This document shows, piece by piece, positions 13,301 through 27,367 of a stretch of DNA of 64,000 bases. The position numbers and the translations under genes are program-made. A model generated the notes under the pieces. The model was not told the origin of the DNA and searched no databases. It saw nothing but the letters and a program-made list of their open reading frames with translations. Position 1 is the stretch's first letter. Each line of letters begins with the position of its first letter. This stretch comes from Daphnia carinata (lineage: Eukaryota), in contig NC_081333.1 of the NCBI RefSeq assembly GCF_022539665.2, positions 7,316,001 to 7,380,000 on the forward strand. The letters are read 5' to 3'.

Positions 13301-16300
13301 TGGAGTTGTCGTTGTCTTCACAAGAAAAACCGACTCGAATTTCACGCCCGCCTCTCTTCTTCTTTCTACGATGCGGGACAGAAGCGGAAAAAAGTGAACA
13401 ATCTTGATTGCATTGTCCTTTTTATTTTTCCTCCTTTTTTTTTTTGCTACCGGTTTGTGGTAACCCGACCTCGGAACAGAATGCGCGCTATTATTTTCAA
13501 GATTCCGTGTTCCGCACCACCAAGGCGAGATCTTTAATGCCATTGCTAATGCTTCGTTTTCTTTCTTGTCTGTTGTGTCATTTCAACAGGGCGATCAAAG
13601 CGTTTCAGCAACTGCTGTACATTGACCCGGTCTATTGCCGGGCTAATGAAGTACACTTGCGGCTCGGCTTGATTTTCAAGGTTACCGGCGAGTTGGAATC
13701 GTCGCTGAAGCATTTCCAGCTTACCTTGATCGATTCGGCCCCGTGTTCTCTCAGCCAGCACGAAAGTAAGAAAAAAAAAAAAGAGGGAAAAAAAAGCCTC
13801 CATTATATTACCAATGTTCTAAATATTCTTGGAAGTTTCATCAGTACTAAGAAGAAACTTGCTAAACAAATATTCTTTCCAATTTTTTTTTTGGGTTTCC
13901 CCTTATGTCGGCCAGTCCGATTTCACATTGCGCACCTGTACGAGGTCTCCAACCGGATCAAAACTGCAAAAGAACAATACGAACAGCTGCTGCTGGAAAA
14001 ACAACTGCCTCCACTTCTCAGAGCTGACATCTACCGGCAATTAGGTAATAACATTTCAAGACGCATTTTTTCATTTCCTTTCTTCTTTCTCTTTGACGAG
14101 AAGTTGACAAAGGGAATTTCTTTGCTATCTCCGAATCATCGCTGCGAACCACTCATGAACGATGCTAATGAACTCCTTTGTCTGTTGGGACAGGCTGGAT
14201 GCACCACTGTGTTGAATCGCTTGGTGAACGAAATCAACGCGAATTACAGGCTATCCAGTACTTGCAACAGGCAATCGAAGCGGATCTCAAATCCGGACAG
14301 AGTCTCTATTTGCTCGGACGTTGCTACGCCTCCATCGGCAAGGTCCACGAGGCCTTTTTAGCTTACCGCAACTCGGTAGACAAAACCGAGGGCAATGCGG
14401 ATACCTGGTGCTCCATCGGGTAAGAATCTTTTTCATTTTTCTCTTATTTTTCATTGGCTACTCACGTCTCCCCGTTTTTCACTATGTAAAATAAAAAACG
14501 GTGTAAAAATCATTTCAAATGGGACGTTTACTGGATCCCTTAAAAGACACTTTTTTTAAAGGCAATGCACCAGCTATAGTATGCCATAAAAACTAATTTT
14601 AGAGAGGACAAGCTCCCCTCTTTTATTTTTTCAAAGAAAATGCTCTCAAAGATGCATATCTTGTAGCCTTGATTTACAATGTCCCACTTGAACCTAGTAA
14701 AATTGTTTTCATTTTTCAATTTCTCCCATTTCAGAGTCCTTTATCAGCAGCAGAACCAGCCTATGGACGCATTGCAAGCCTATATATGCGCTGTACAACT
14801 AGATAAAAATCACTCCGCCGCCTGGACTAACTTAGGTGAGTACATCCGTTTAACTGTAGCAATAGATAAGATCTACACATTTCCCCCCCGTCTTTCCGTA
14901 CCAGGTATTTTATACGAGACAAGTAATCAACCGCGAGACGGTCTAGCGTGTTACGTTAACGCTGCTCGAGGGAGTGCGAGTAAGAATCACGGCAAACCCG
15001 TACACCCCAATTTACTCCAGAGGACAAAGTTTCTTCAACAACAGCTGGAGGGCGCTCCAACCCCTACATCGTTCAACAAGTCAGTCCGTAGTTTTCAGAC
15101 AAACATAAAAATAGGTCTTGCTTTCCCTGGGAACGCCCCCCCTAACTAACCATTTTTTTATGCGCTTTTCGTGTCTACAGGCCTAGGTTGCTGCCTTCTA
15201 TTGAAGACGCTTGGAACTTGCCCATCACCGCCGAGATGAATTCCAGACAGCAGCAATTGCAACAGAGAGGAGCGGCTGGCCAGGGTGTCTTTCCTCGAGG
15301 TCCAGGATTTGTTGAAGGTCCGTCACAGACCAAACGTTTTAAAGTGGAAGGATCAGTAGAAGGTCCTGTGCCTCGACCTCCGTTGCCTCCGTTCTACCTG
15401 ACGTCGCAGCAACTCCAGATGCTACAATATCTACAGCAGAACCAGAACAGCCTCACGCCACAACAGCAACAGCTACTTTTGCAGCTTCAAAACCATTATA
15501 GAATGATGCAGCAGCATCAGCAACAGTTGCGACTTCAGCAACAACAACAACAACAGCAAATGATACGAACTGGGCAGCCATTTTCTCCTAGGCCTCAAGG
15601 GCCTTTTCCTATTGGTACCCTACCCCAGCAGCAGCAACAGAATTTTGCGAGAGCAGCCGTTCCTCAAACGTCTTCAGCCCAACTTCCTCAACAACAACAA
15701 CAGCAGCCTTACATGTCGTGCCCCCCCGCTCTCTCATCTCCATCGGGAGTGAGCGATCAAGAGTTGCAGGTATATATCGTGGCGAACCACACGTCTGCAA
15801 TTAAAATATCATCACCTTTTCTATTTTTTTTAAGGCTTTATTATCGCAAAAGGACATTGCTGCCACTTTGGCTGAAGATCTATTAAAGCAGTTTGCTCAA
15901 GAAGGTGAATTAGATTTAGAGCAGCCACAACCCGTTGTGGCACCAACCACATCTTTACCAACAGCCCAACCAACCACCAACATCGTTCACAACCCACCAT
16001 CCAATATTCGCATTGCCCTAGAACCAACGCCCGTCTTGGCCATTGGTGGCCCTATGGGCCGTTCTTCCACTCCCCGCAACCGTGTTGCTCTTAAAGGTAC
16101 ATCTCGGCTGGCGAATGTGTTGATATAGTAGAATGGAATTTAATCAAAAATTTGGTTATTAGGCCGTGGCTATTCGAAAATCATGGAAGATGCATCAGAT
16201 ACAGAAGAAGAAAAATGCCAATTGAGCAGCAGTGATTCGAGTACCAGCCAACTCAAAGAAGCTAACATTAAAATGTCAGCTCGTGAAGTTTTAGATTCAT

Positions 16301-18381
16301 GTCGCGGTAATGAAAGGCAGCGTCTTAATCACGTTTTCATTTTTTTTACTAACGGTTCGTCGACTTGTAGGTGCCGTTGGTTTCCAGGGATTGCGCCGTT
16401 TCCACATCTTATCAGTCAACTTACCTCCCCCTCAGCCACCCGAGCCACCTGCAATCAAGTTGACTCGTGAGCAACTCTTGCCTCCTACGCCGAGCGTTTA
16501 CTTGGAGAGTAAGAAAGATGCGTTTAGCATCCAGCTGCAGGAGTTTTGCCTGACACATCCTATTGCCGTCGTGCGCGGCATGGCCTCTGCCCTCAAAATG
16601 GGTTAGTCTAGACATCACAGCCTTACACCATCAGATCGATTCTAAGCCTCAATTTCATTTTGATTGATAGATTTGGGATTATTTTCGACGAAAACGTTAG
16701 TGGAAGCTAATGCCGATCATCCAGTGGAGGTGAGGACGCAACTGCAACAACCGCCCGATGAAAATTGGGATCCGACATTGAGTCGCCGAGGATGGGCGTG
16801 TATTTCTCATCGATCCATCACTACGATTGCCAAGTATGCTCAATACCAAGCCTCGAGTTTCCAGGAGAGCCTCAAGGTAATACTCGCATGCCGAAAGTTT
16901 TTGGTTCTCGCGGTAGAATTAAAAGTTCTTCTCTCATGTAGGAGGAACACGAAAAGATGAGCAGCGGAGGACATCCTGTTGGAGGTCATCGCCTGGATTC
17001 CGACTCTGATTCAAAAGACTCTGTCGGAACTTCGGCTCGTGGAATGGGTCTTAAGAAAGGCCGTGGCAAGCACGGCTACAAGACTATCAAGTTTGGGACC
17101 AATGTCGATTTGTCGGACGAAAGAAAATGGCGCCCACAGCTCCAGGAGCTAATGAAATTGCCAGCTTTCGCTCGTGTTGTATCGGCCAGCAACATGCTCA
17201 CGCATGTCGGTCACGTTATCTTGGGCATGAATACTGTCCAGCTTTACATGAAGGTGCCGGGTAGTCGAACGCCTGGCCATCAGGAGAACAACAACTTCTG
17301 CTCCATCAACATCAACATCGGGCCCGGCGATTGCGAGTGGTTTGGCGTGCCCGAATCTTATTGGGGGGCCATTCACAACCTATGCGAGAAGTAAGTTGCA
17401 CCTTCAACTCACGTTGAGTACCATATAAGGAGATTCCAATTATTTTTGGTATTTTTAGGAACAACATAAACTTTCTTCATGGATCGTGGTGGCCAATGAT
17501 GGAAGATTTACTAGAAGCAAATATTCCTGTTTATAAATTTTTGCAACGGCCTGGCGATGTAGTGTGGGTGAATTCCGGTAAGATAAAGTTATCTGGTGTG
17601 GACGTTGGGAAAGTAAATTAGATCTTTTTTTTTTTTTTTTTTTTTTTTCCCTTTATAGGCTGCATCCATTGGGTACAAGCAATCGGTTGGTGCAATAACA
17701 TTGCGTGGAACGTCGGTCCACTAACCGCCAGGACGTACCAACTGGCCATTGATCGCTACGAATGGAACAAGGTGCAAAGCTTCAAGAGCATCGTACCTAT
17801 GATTCACCTATCATGGAACTTGGCGAGAAACATCAAGGTTTCAGATCCGAAACTATTCGAACATCTTCGGTAATTTGTATTCAAATTTTTTGTTTATTTT
17901 TTGCTATGTGCTAACCATAAGATCTTCTTTCCAACTTCAGAAACACTCTAATGAAGACCCTACGCCACACCCAGTTAATAACACAATTTGTGCGCTCGAA
18001 AGGAGTGCAAGTTCGTTTTCATGGACGAGGCAAGAACGAAGCTTCACATTATTGCGGTCAATGCGAAGAGGAAGTGTTCAACATGCTCTTCATTAAAGAG
18101 CAAGAAAAGAAGCATGTGGTTCATTGTTTACACTGCTCTCGCAGGCATAGTCCTAACTTGGAAGGCTTTGTCTGTTTGGAAGAGTATCATCTGGAGGACT
18201 TGATCGAGACCTATGATGCTTTCGTCTTACACCCGGTATACAATTTTCTCTTATTTTGCATTCGTCTTCTTTTTTGTTCTTAAACGTTCATTGAATTTCA
18301 AATTCGCAGCTCAATGCACAAATACAGCAACCGCCGACACCAGTGCCCGCAACATCTGGAACTTCGTTGTTATCGTGCTGA
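8351..18381 (+). CDS. Utx: H3K27 demethylase Utx/KDM6A: TPR repeats, polyQ linker, JmjC and zinc-binding domains, many exons
   Basis: [13 protein letters not shown]-terminus, TPRs ([13 protein letters not shown]), Jmj[14 protein letters not shown] and [18 protein letters not shown], Zn motif HYCGQC..HCLHC. Large intron 8941-13589. Confidence 0.97.
9866..9890. repeat. (GT)n microsatellite in the Utx large intron
   Basis: Direct read; a second (GT)n tract lies at ~10339-10366. Confidence 0.9.
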
Positions 18382-20200
18382 AGAAAACGAAACTTTAGTG
18401 TTACAGACTTTCATAAAGTTGTAATTGTAACATGATTGATTGTAAGGTTCAAACATGTTTCGTTGGGAAGGCGTTGAAACTACTGCCACTCGACAGCAGG
18501 GACCCTTTAATTTTCTCACGTCGGATATGAATTTGTAGCATGTCCTTTCTTGGCTCTGCCTCAATCCTGAAGAATGATTTGACCCTCCTTTTATTTTTGT
18601 GATAGTTTTCACCTTTTATCCTGTTCTGACCGGATTTCGTGCTTATGAATTTTTACGAGGCCTAATTGAAAAATTGTAAAAAAACAAACAAACAAACAAA
18701 ATAAGCATAAATGACTGCCCTTCTGTTTGTCCCAGGAATTCCGTGTACGTCGGAATTCAGTAATGTTTGATTTTGGAAAAGTTCTTTTTGTGGACGCTTC
18801 CATGTCACACTTCTTTTTAAAATTTACTTTGTCTCTCTAGGAGTGAAAAGATCGTAATGGAATAGCTACCATTCAGTGTAGTTGAATCTATATTTCAATC
18901 CCTTGTAAGGACTACTACTACGAATTGAATAAAGATCTCCCAGATAACTCCACCTCCCTCCCTTTTTCCCCTCCGATATATCGTGTCTTGTACCTCTTTA
19001 AGGAGAAGACCATGCATGTGTTCAGATGGCACTGCCAGCTATAATGAAATTCTGTGTAATTTTGCTCTGATCCTTTTGTGTAAATGTACCCGTTAGCCAA
19101 ATGATGTTGTGCAGCAACTTCAGATACCAGGAATTATCTTCATTTACAGCTCGTGGTGGTGTTTTCCTCATCCACAAATGGGCCCAGTCTGTTCATATTT
19201 TTCTGTCTATGCAAAGTTGCTCTGCACGCGCATTCAATGGACACGATGCACAAGCACTTTCTCGTTACTATGTTATTATTCCCCTGTTGCAGTGGATCCG
19301 TTTAGTTGCTCAACCATACAGCCCAAAAACATGAGGAATTCTAATTACCCAGTCTTTAATCTAAATTTAGATTAATTCGACACATTCCTCGTTGCTGTCT
19401 GCACTTGGACAATACACTGCGCGTTCGATTGAAAACGATCAATCCGTTTGTTTTTATTCCCTCTTGAACACATTCCATTTTAGCAGGAAATAACGTAGTG
19501 ATGTTGACAAGCCCCGTACTCTTCGACAGGAGCGCGTAAATGTGTTAATAGATTGTATTAGAAATTCCAAGAAAGAAATCTTTTAAATCGTACTTTGTGA
19601 GAGAGAAGGTGATAATTGATTCGCAAGTCATGCACTCGACCAACAATTCATTTTAATATAAAGCCAATCTGTGAATGTATAACCGAATTTTCACGCCAAA
19701 GGATAAATCTAACCATGAATCAAGCAACACCTAAGCCACATTCCCTAATTCGAAGATTGTCAAAAATCCTTATTAAACTAGACTGATAGTTCGTGTTCAC
19801 ACCCGTTAGTAATTTTAGACTGAAGTACGCGTAAATATGAAAGATATTAAGAATTGCCCATCGACAGTTCTCACTTGTTTTCTGATTTGTAAAAGCCACT
19901 CTTCTGTACGATTAACTGTACAGATCTTCAGGAGTGATCATAATCCTTTACATTCAATGAGCTACTCTTCAGATTAAAAGTAAAACATTTGCGCATTATG
20001 TAAAGCTTCTCATCGAGCAAATTTTTTTCCCAAGAGGGTAGGCTAGCTGCAATCTGTACTAATCAAAATTTTCACGCATGTCTCTGAAACATAAATTAGC
20101 CGGATAAATAAATGATAGAGAACGTGATGTCCAAAACCCCAAAGAAAATCTTAAAAGTTTCAATCCTTCTGAAGGTTACCATATGTTGTAAAGAGTTCTA

Positions 20201-22000
20201 TTAGCCATCAGGTCGTTGTTGGCTTGAATGTTTCTTTCCGTTCCGATTACTGGAGTCGTTCGGTAGCAATTCGGCCTCTACGTTAGAAGCTTCCATCTTG
20301 AGCTCGGCTGTGCGGCGAAATCCCATAATTTGCATATGAGCGTCAGGTCCTATGCCTACAATCTGTCGTAAAATGTGTTAGATGTGGGTCAGATGTTTTA
20401 AAACATATCAACAGTATGGCGTCATGTTTATACCCTTGTACAAAGAACGAGACAGGAACAGGAGAACACGAAGAGAACACCTGGAACGGCTGCCGAGAGC
20501 GCAAAATCGAAAATGACTTTGTTGCGATTGAACTTGGTGATCACAGAGTCGTTTTTATCAGGTGCGTAGTAGCAAGGAAAACGCGCTGGAGATCGTAAGT
20601 CTCTTCCGTCTCGTCCGTGGATGGCGAAAAATTCACGACACTCGTCACGGAGTGTATTGACACAAAACTTGAAGAGGCAGAATGGTTTTTCATTTTCAAG
20701 TAAAAGTTTATTATTAGATGCTTTACCTCCAGATTGACAAGAAGCTTACTCCGGTTATAAATGACCAATTCATTTTCGAGCGGCACTTGACGATTTGTTT
20801 GTGGAGTCGATGGCAATCTTCGGTTTATTATAGAATTTTGATAAGCAGACATCAGAGTGGGTAAACTGAAATTGTCCTTTAGATAATTTGCCTGGACGAG
20901 AGAGGCATTGACACAGTCAACTGCTAGCAGTTGTCCGTCTGGAGAACCGTTACCAACGTGCGTGCAGCTGACCATAAGAATTTCCTCTGGATCTAACACC
21001 GGATTCCAAATTACTTCGCCACTGGGCCGATCTGAAACCAAACCATGACATCCGGCCATTACCAAGCGGTCATTGTTGAAGAGAATGACGTTGCGTATCT
21101 GCGATCCTTGAGGATCGTGGACTGTCATATCACTGCAACGGCGATCGCACGAGTAAGGCTTCAGAATTTCCATACAGTAACTTGCGGTGCAACTGTAAAA
21201 GAATATATAATAGCATAAGAGTTAGTTATTCTAAATAACAGCCAGGAGTTGTAAAAACATACGTATAAAATCCGTCCAACGCTTGGCAGTTAATCCGTTG
21301 TTTCAAACTTATTTGATGGCCAAGATTAGTGAACTTATTGCATGTCATGGCAGAGGTCACGTTGACGCAAACTCCGTTAGTGCAGTTGAACAGACCTGCG
21401 AGGAAGAGCGGAGTTTAGTTGCGACTTTTGGAGCATCTGAACTTTGGTGACGTAGAAACCCAAGAAAATTCGCAGTAACCGAAAGAAAATGGAACAAACA
21501 TGGCCCAGGTGCGTTACCTAAGAGATTTTCGCATTGATCTTTTCGACAGAGATGTCGATGAGATGGAATTAAATCATCGGTAGCACATGATTGTTCGACC
21601 CGATCCTGACACTGATCGAAACTGAGCTCGGATCCATTCTGCCGGACAGAGACCCAAATTTGCATGCACAGACCGGATGATTTGGTCAGGCACCATTCGA
21701 AACAAGATAACCATGTGCAATTTTCCACCGAATCATCAGCCAGAGTTGTTGTGCATATTACCTGCGTGTAAAAGTAAATATTAATGAAAAGCATTTCTTA
21801 ATCATGAAACTTAGAAGAATATTTACCGGATACTCTTCATATGTTGAGGCGATGGCTTTGATGGACGGGACATAGGAAGCAACAGTCAAATAAACGATAG
21901 ACACAGCACTTAAAACGGCGATCAACTGGCATATAAAAATTAAACCACAAATTCGACTCTCCTCGGGGTATTCGGGTTTCTTCACGGGCTTCTTAGCCAT
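20201..22000 (-). CDS. TipE-homologous sodium-channel auxiliary subunit, Teh3/Teh4 type, ~6 coding exons
   Basis: RICGLIFICQLIAVLSAVSIVYLTVASYVPS (TM1), VICTTT, CTWLSCFEWCLTKSSGLCMQIWV, Cys-rich loop, second TM ending LVLCTR, last exon IVGIGPDAHM...DG*. Confidence 0.88.
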
Positions 22001-23125
22001 CGTTTAGATACCAGCAGTCTACAATCAAGTGTAAAGAATCAAAAATGGACAAATGTTGAGCAAACTGCCGGCGCAGAAAAATCAACGGCTTCAATCCAAT
22101 TTGCCATTCAGTTTTTTTTTGTGTGTGTGTTTTGTTTGCTGATGGGTTTCTAATTTTGTTGAGGCCTAATCTAAGCTAACAATTTAAACCAAAGTAGAAC
22201 TCTGCTCTGTAGAGTCTTGCTTTTTGTAAACTTACTTGCTTGTATTCTTGGGTGCATTCGGCCGACGATTGCGCTTCCAGCAGTGCGCAGTTCAATATCC
22301 GGAACGACGGAATCACGCCAGCCTCTCGACTCCTCCCTTTTATGCCCTCCGATACGTAGGATGACCTCAAATTGTACTCTTAGTTCTACTCTATTTAAGT
22401 AGGAAATGACGTTGCTTGAACGAATATTTTATTAAGGACTAAAATTTATGGGGTGAAATTGAAGAGAGCTCAGAACTTACGATTTTGAGGAGAGTTGTAC
22501 GACGAGTTGGAACCATGTTGGGTCCCGTTTTATCGGTTTGATACCAATGTGTGGTTGGAACGATCAAACTCGTACCGCTTCGCTCTTCACTTGACGTTAT
22601 GTCAGTAGTATCCTAGACATCCAGACACGAAGTTCGTTTCTAGTTCTAAAACAGTCTGCAGTGCGACATTATCCACGGTTGATTTTTTCACGTTACAGCT
22701 AAGCCAAACCTTAGTTTTCAACACCGCATTGTTTGTGGTAACTCGTAGTTTAGGCAAGGACTCGCTTCTTTGCCACACTATTTCCCAAAAGCCCGAGACG
22801 AAAATCGATTCCAGCGTTGATTAAAGTACTGAAAAAATACGGTGTTATTCTTGCAGGGTAGTTAATTTTGAGGTTATTTCATCTAACTTTGTTTAATCAA
22901 CAGCAACAAGAGCAACGTTCGGTTGTTTCGGTAAGTTACGTTCATATAAGTCTTTTAGATAGCATACCCTTGTATTATTTGGACTGAAGCTGATGGAAAG
23001 CTTCAGACCAAAAAGATCGCTCACCTGTAGTGTGGTTTTCATTAATTGTATCTCATTATTAGATTTGCTTCTTGGCAGGTAAACCTGATGGGTTTTTCCT
23101 GCCTGGGTGTGTCCTCATCAGCACC

Positions 23126-24316
23126 ATGGCTTCTGAAATCGAAGAGCACAAGGCGACATTAAGGGAGAATGTTCTCTTCTACATGACGGCCTTCTTCTGC
23201 TTGGTAGCCACTTTCAGCCTTTTCATTTTCCTGTTTCTGGTACCGTTCTTCATCGAGCCGGCTCTGGCGACGATCTACATGGAGTTCGATCCAGAACCGG
23301 TCATTTGTGAAACTACAGAGGCCAGTTTCCACCGAGGACTGTCCAACTGCCAGTGGAGCTCGTGCCGTGAAGGCTGCACCAAAGAGGTGTACGAATGCTG
23401 GCACATACGAGTGCGGTATCGCAGCCGCGTGCCAGTTGGTAAAGCCGATGCTCGCTCCGTTCGTGACCGCATCATTCAACACAAGTCGTCCTTAACGTAT
23501 TCGCCGCTGAACGAGCAGATAAGTGTAAAGAACAGCATCTACGGCAACCAGAAGGGACAGAGCTATCCAGTGTCACCCAATAGCGGATTTGGGATGGCTG
23601 TGTCATCCGTAAACAGTTACGATGATCGGATTCAATCAGTTCTACCGGAAGAAGATGATGCTGAAAAGGATGGCGAGTATGCCTTGGCCGACGAAGGTGG
23701 CGAAGGGATGCACGTCCACGAAGCTCGATTGCAGCCGAACGTGAAAGGCTGCGGTTATCCTCCAGATGTGGAGTGCAACAACACTTTCGCTTCTGCTTAT
23801 GGCGTCGTAGGCGCCAACTTTTCTTGTTACTACTCGCTAATCGATCCTACGATGGCCATCACTCAACTCAACATAGAGAAAATTCGCGCCGAACTCATTT
23901 ATTGCCTTACGATCCCGATTATTTTGTTCGTCATTTCCGTCGTCTATCTCTTCTATGCCTATTTTAAGCTCTACGCTGAACCCAATGCCGATGGAGCAGT
24001 AGCCACACCGAGGGGTCCATCATTGGATTTCGATACAGTGGAAGGTAAAGTGGAAGGAGTGGTTGTTAGACAGCCGATGAGCTCTCCTGTTAACACCGGA
24101 GGCAAGTATGGAATTCTTTACCAGTTCCCATCGCCGGATAGCACCCGGATCATCCGGCGAGCTAAGAGTGGTGGAGCTATTACATTCGCCGCCGCAAGCA
24201 AACCTACAGAGAAAGTATCAAAAGAAATGGAAATAGTTTTTTCAGGAACGAAAAACTCGACAGGCAACTCGGCAGCTCACAGCAGAGGAATGAGAATATC
24301 CAAATCAATGGGGTAA
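23126..24316 (+). CDS. tipE: TipE sodium-channel auxiliary subunit, main coding exon; alternative last exons likely (see findings)
   Basis: LFYMTAFFCLVATFSLFIFLFLVPFFIEPALATI, NCQWSSCREGCTKEVYEC, LQPNVKGCGYPP and NFSCYYS match the TipE family; second TM present. Confidence 0.9.
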   Translation: MASEIEEHKATLRENVLFYMTAFFCLVATFSLFIFLFLVPFFIEPALATIYMEFDPEPVICETTEASFHRGLSNCQWSSCREGCTKEVYECWHIRVRYRSRVPVGKADARSVRDRIIQHKSSLTYSPLNEQISVKNSIYGNQKGQSYPVSPNSGFGMAVSSVNSYDDRIQSVLPEEDDAEKDGEYALADEGGEGMHVHEARLQPNVKGCGYPPDVECNNTFASAYGVVGANFSCYYSLIDPTMAITQLNIEKIRAELIYCLTIPIILFVISVVYLFYAYFKLYAEPNADGAVATPRGPSLDFDTVEGKVEGVVVRQPMSSPVNTGGKYGILYQFPSPDSTRIIRRAKSGGAITFAAASKPTEKVSKEMEIVFSGTKNSTGNSAAHSRGMRISKSMG

Positions 24317-27300
24317 AATTTTATTGATTTTCACTTATTTTTTTTTATTTTCTTCTTTTCTTTTGTACTTCCGTTGTTCTTGTTGGCTTGACTCCACGTA
24401 TGTTGTGCGATTCGGAGCTTTCCCGTTCTGGGAAGATATTGATTATATAACTCTATAAGTCGTACAACCATAATTTTAATTTCAGCCTCGTTACGATCGT
24501 AAATTTCATTCTTAAGGCATGATTGGAGTGGCACTTGTCAGGCAATCTGGCTGTTTACCTGGATCCTACTTAATTTTTTTTTCTTTTAAAACACTGCGAT
24601 GACAGCACTCTCACGAGTGACTTTGCTGGTCATTCTTGAACACACTGGCAGCTCTCTATATATTCTTTATACATTGGCAAATTATATTGAAGCACTTTTG
24701 CTTTGTAAGGTAATTGTGCTTTAGTGATATAAGGAATAGGATGTTTGCTTATTTTAAACACTCTCCATGACAAACAGTTTAACTTTACGCCAACCGCCCA
24801 TAACAATTCATAAGCAAAGCTGGAAAGTTCTAGAAGCATTAGGAAATTACATGTTGCTTTCTGTTTCTTTTACGATTATTAGGATTTGCCCTAAAAAGTC
24901 AAAGAACATGTTAAAATGAATGATAAAATCTTATATTGACGAACAAATGCGTTTTTATTTAAACACGCATCTGCCTTTTAAGAATGGAATATGGTCGTAC
25001 GTTAAGCGGCATATTTTCCAAGCATAATTCTATAGGTTTTTAGATTCTAGGTTCGTTACACTTTCGTGTGGTTTATTTGTTTTTGCTATCGATTCACTTG
25101 TTTTGTGCGTAACAAACTTACCAATACTACTAGTAAAAGTTACATCTCATGAAAACAAGTTGACTATAGTACAGCAATTTATTTATATACGTGTGTGATT
25201 TATTGACGAATCTGACGGCGCAGGCCGCGACTTGGTGAGGGCTCTTTTGCTACCGTCCCGAAAAGTCCTGGTAGTTTCACGCACATTTCCTCGACGATGT
25301 CTTCGGCACCTTGCTCTTCGTCTTCGTCGCCTACTACGTCCTTATCCTCCCAATCTGATTTTTCCTCGCCGTCTCACCTGCCGGCTTCTTTGTACAGCGA
25401 ATCATCTGGTTGCAACACAAATGCTGACCTCAGCGTTACTTCAACGGCCGCTGAAACATTTTCAAACGACAATGAGCTTGAATATTATTCGCCAAATCCA
25501 AACCCCACAAACCAATACACTAAGAATCATTCAACATTATCGGGAAGTTCGGGACGTCAACGCCGTAGGCTTCGGGAGTGCATCCCCCTCATCTCTAAGA
25601 ACCACTGACGAGCCATGTTTCACAATAATCCTTGAATCTGGTGATTTTTGGGGCATCTTCAAACAAATTCTTCAAGTGATCACATTCTATCTGACACCAT
25701 ACTGATTAGGAAGAAAGGTCTCCATCTTGTTCGCTTCGTCCTTTTTCAAGTAATTAAAGGCCATCGTCGTGATACCCGTATAGTAGTCGATTAGAGATAG
25801 GATCGAGTTTTCGTGGCAGTTGGCATGATTGACTAATAAATATTTGAGCATAAGTGCCTGGTACTAGTATTCTATATCTGTCCGTAAAACACTATAAAGC
25901 TGCCTAAAGCAATATGTCGTCCCAGTATTCTTGATGGATGACATCTCTACGATTTACCCGTATACAAGAACGGAATGATCAAAAGGGATTTATTTGCAAT
26001 CGAAATAGTGCAGCCATGGTTATGGTGTCCATGGTTTAACCCCACTGGTTTCTAGGGAGACCATTTTGCTGATTTTAAAAAATGTCACTAAGTTTATCCC
26101 TTTGCTTATTTACCTTCTGTGTAGTTTTCCGCTTGTTCTTTAAACTAATTAAGCAAGAAATTGCTGGCTTTCAATTCCACGCATGCTTCAAAACGTACAT
26201 ACGTCATGGCATGCAATTTTGAATGATTATCTAGTTGGAATGGTAGAAAACAGAATACGATGTTCTGTGCCTTCTAAACTAATGTTAGTTGTTTACGTAA
26301 CAGTGTGTGGGTGTGTTGCATCTTTTTCTATTCAGAAAATCCACTCGTAACCTTACTTAGCTTGTATTTCAATTTAGTGATTCGAGAAGGCTAGTTTCAT
26401 CTGCGTTATTGAGCCCCAACAAAGCTATCTGCCCGAAAACAAGTACCGTCTTCACAGAGCGTTCCAAGGAATGGCAAACGTCATCACTTGGAATCCGTAC
26501 CAACGTCTCCCAGCAACCTGTTAACAGCAGCGCCTCACCTTCAGAGGAAGAAGTTACCCTACCTGTGTAAAAACACTGGCACATGAAAAGCTGCCCGTTA
26601 CCTATTCTATCTTGGCATCATGTTTGTAACATTAACATTTTTTAAACACCCAATTCAAATGTTTTCCCTTCAAATTCCGTATAATGTGACTTTTATTTAT
26701 TCCATCCCAAATTTGTCCTTTTGAAATTCCTTTTTGCTGATACCTTTGTATTCACTATTGTCTCGCGCTCCTATTAGACTACTGCAATTTTCCAAACATT
26801 TATATGAAAATGTTTTTTGCGCTGAAACGCATCTCAAACGGGTTACGGAAGTGGGCTATTCACTAAACATTTTTCTTCCGTTTTGCCATTCAAGCTTACG
26901 CAACCTTCCTTTGATGTCATTTTCCGGGAAGTGCATAACGAGAGTGCCGTGTTAACAAGATGGTGTCTACACTTTTTACAGCGCTTCTTTAACTAAACTA
27001 ATATCTGCTGATCAAATGAAATGAGTTGCTGACTAAAGTGTAACCTGGTCTTAATAGCGCTAGTTTCATGCCGTACTACAATAATACGAATATTATGTAT
27101 CATTTCAAAACCTTTTCCATAGTGTTGTTAAGCTGGTAGCTATACCAGTTGTGATTATGTAAGAAAGTTTCATACATATTCCATTAAGCACGTGAAACAG
27201 TGAACGTAGCTTACGTCGTTCAATCGGCTGGGCGTCTATCGTATGAACCACAATTTTGACTATACGTTTTTATTTCAAGCCATTCAAAATTCCATGCATT

Positions 27301-27367
27301 TTGCTGCCAATAATTATTTTCTGGAGCATACAGTACATTTACAAGCTTCAGCAGTGTTCTTTCTTCT

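Noticed and set aside
9142..13543. Numerous 60-130 aa ORFs in the Utx large intron
   Set aside because: Low-complexity products of homopolymer and dinucleotide tracts, many from non-ATG starts.
26369..26584. 71-aa minus-strand ORF
   Set aside because: Better explained as the antisense shadow of the candidate tipE last exon 26378-26570.
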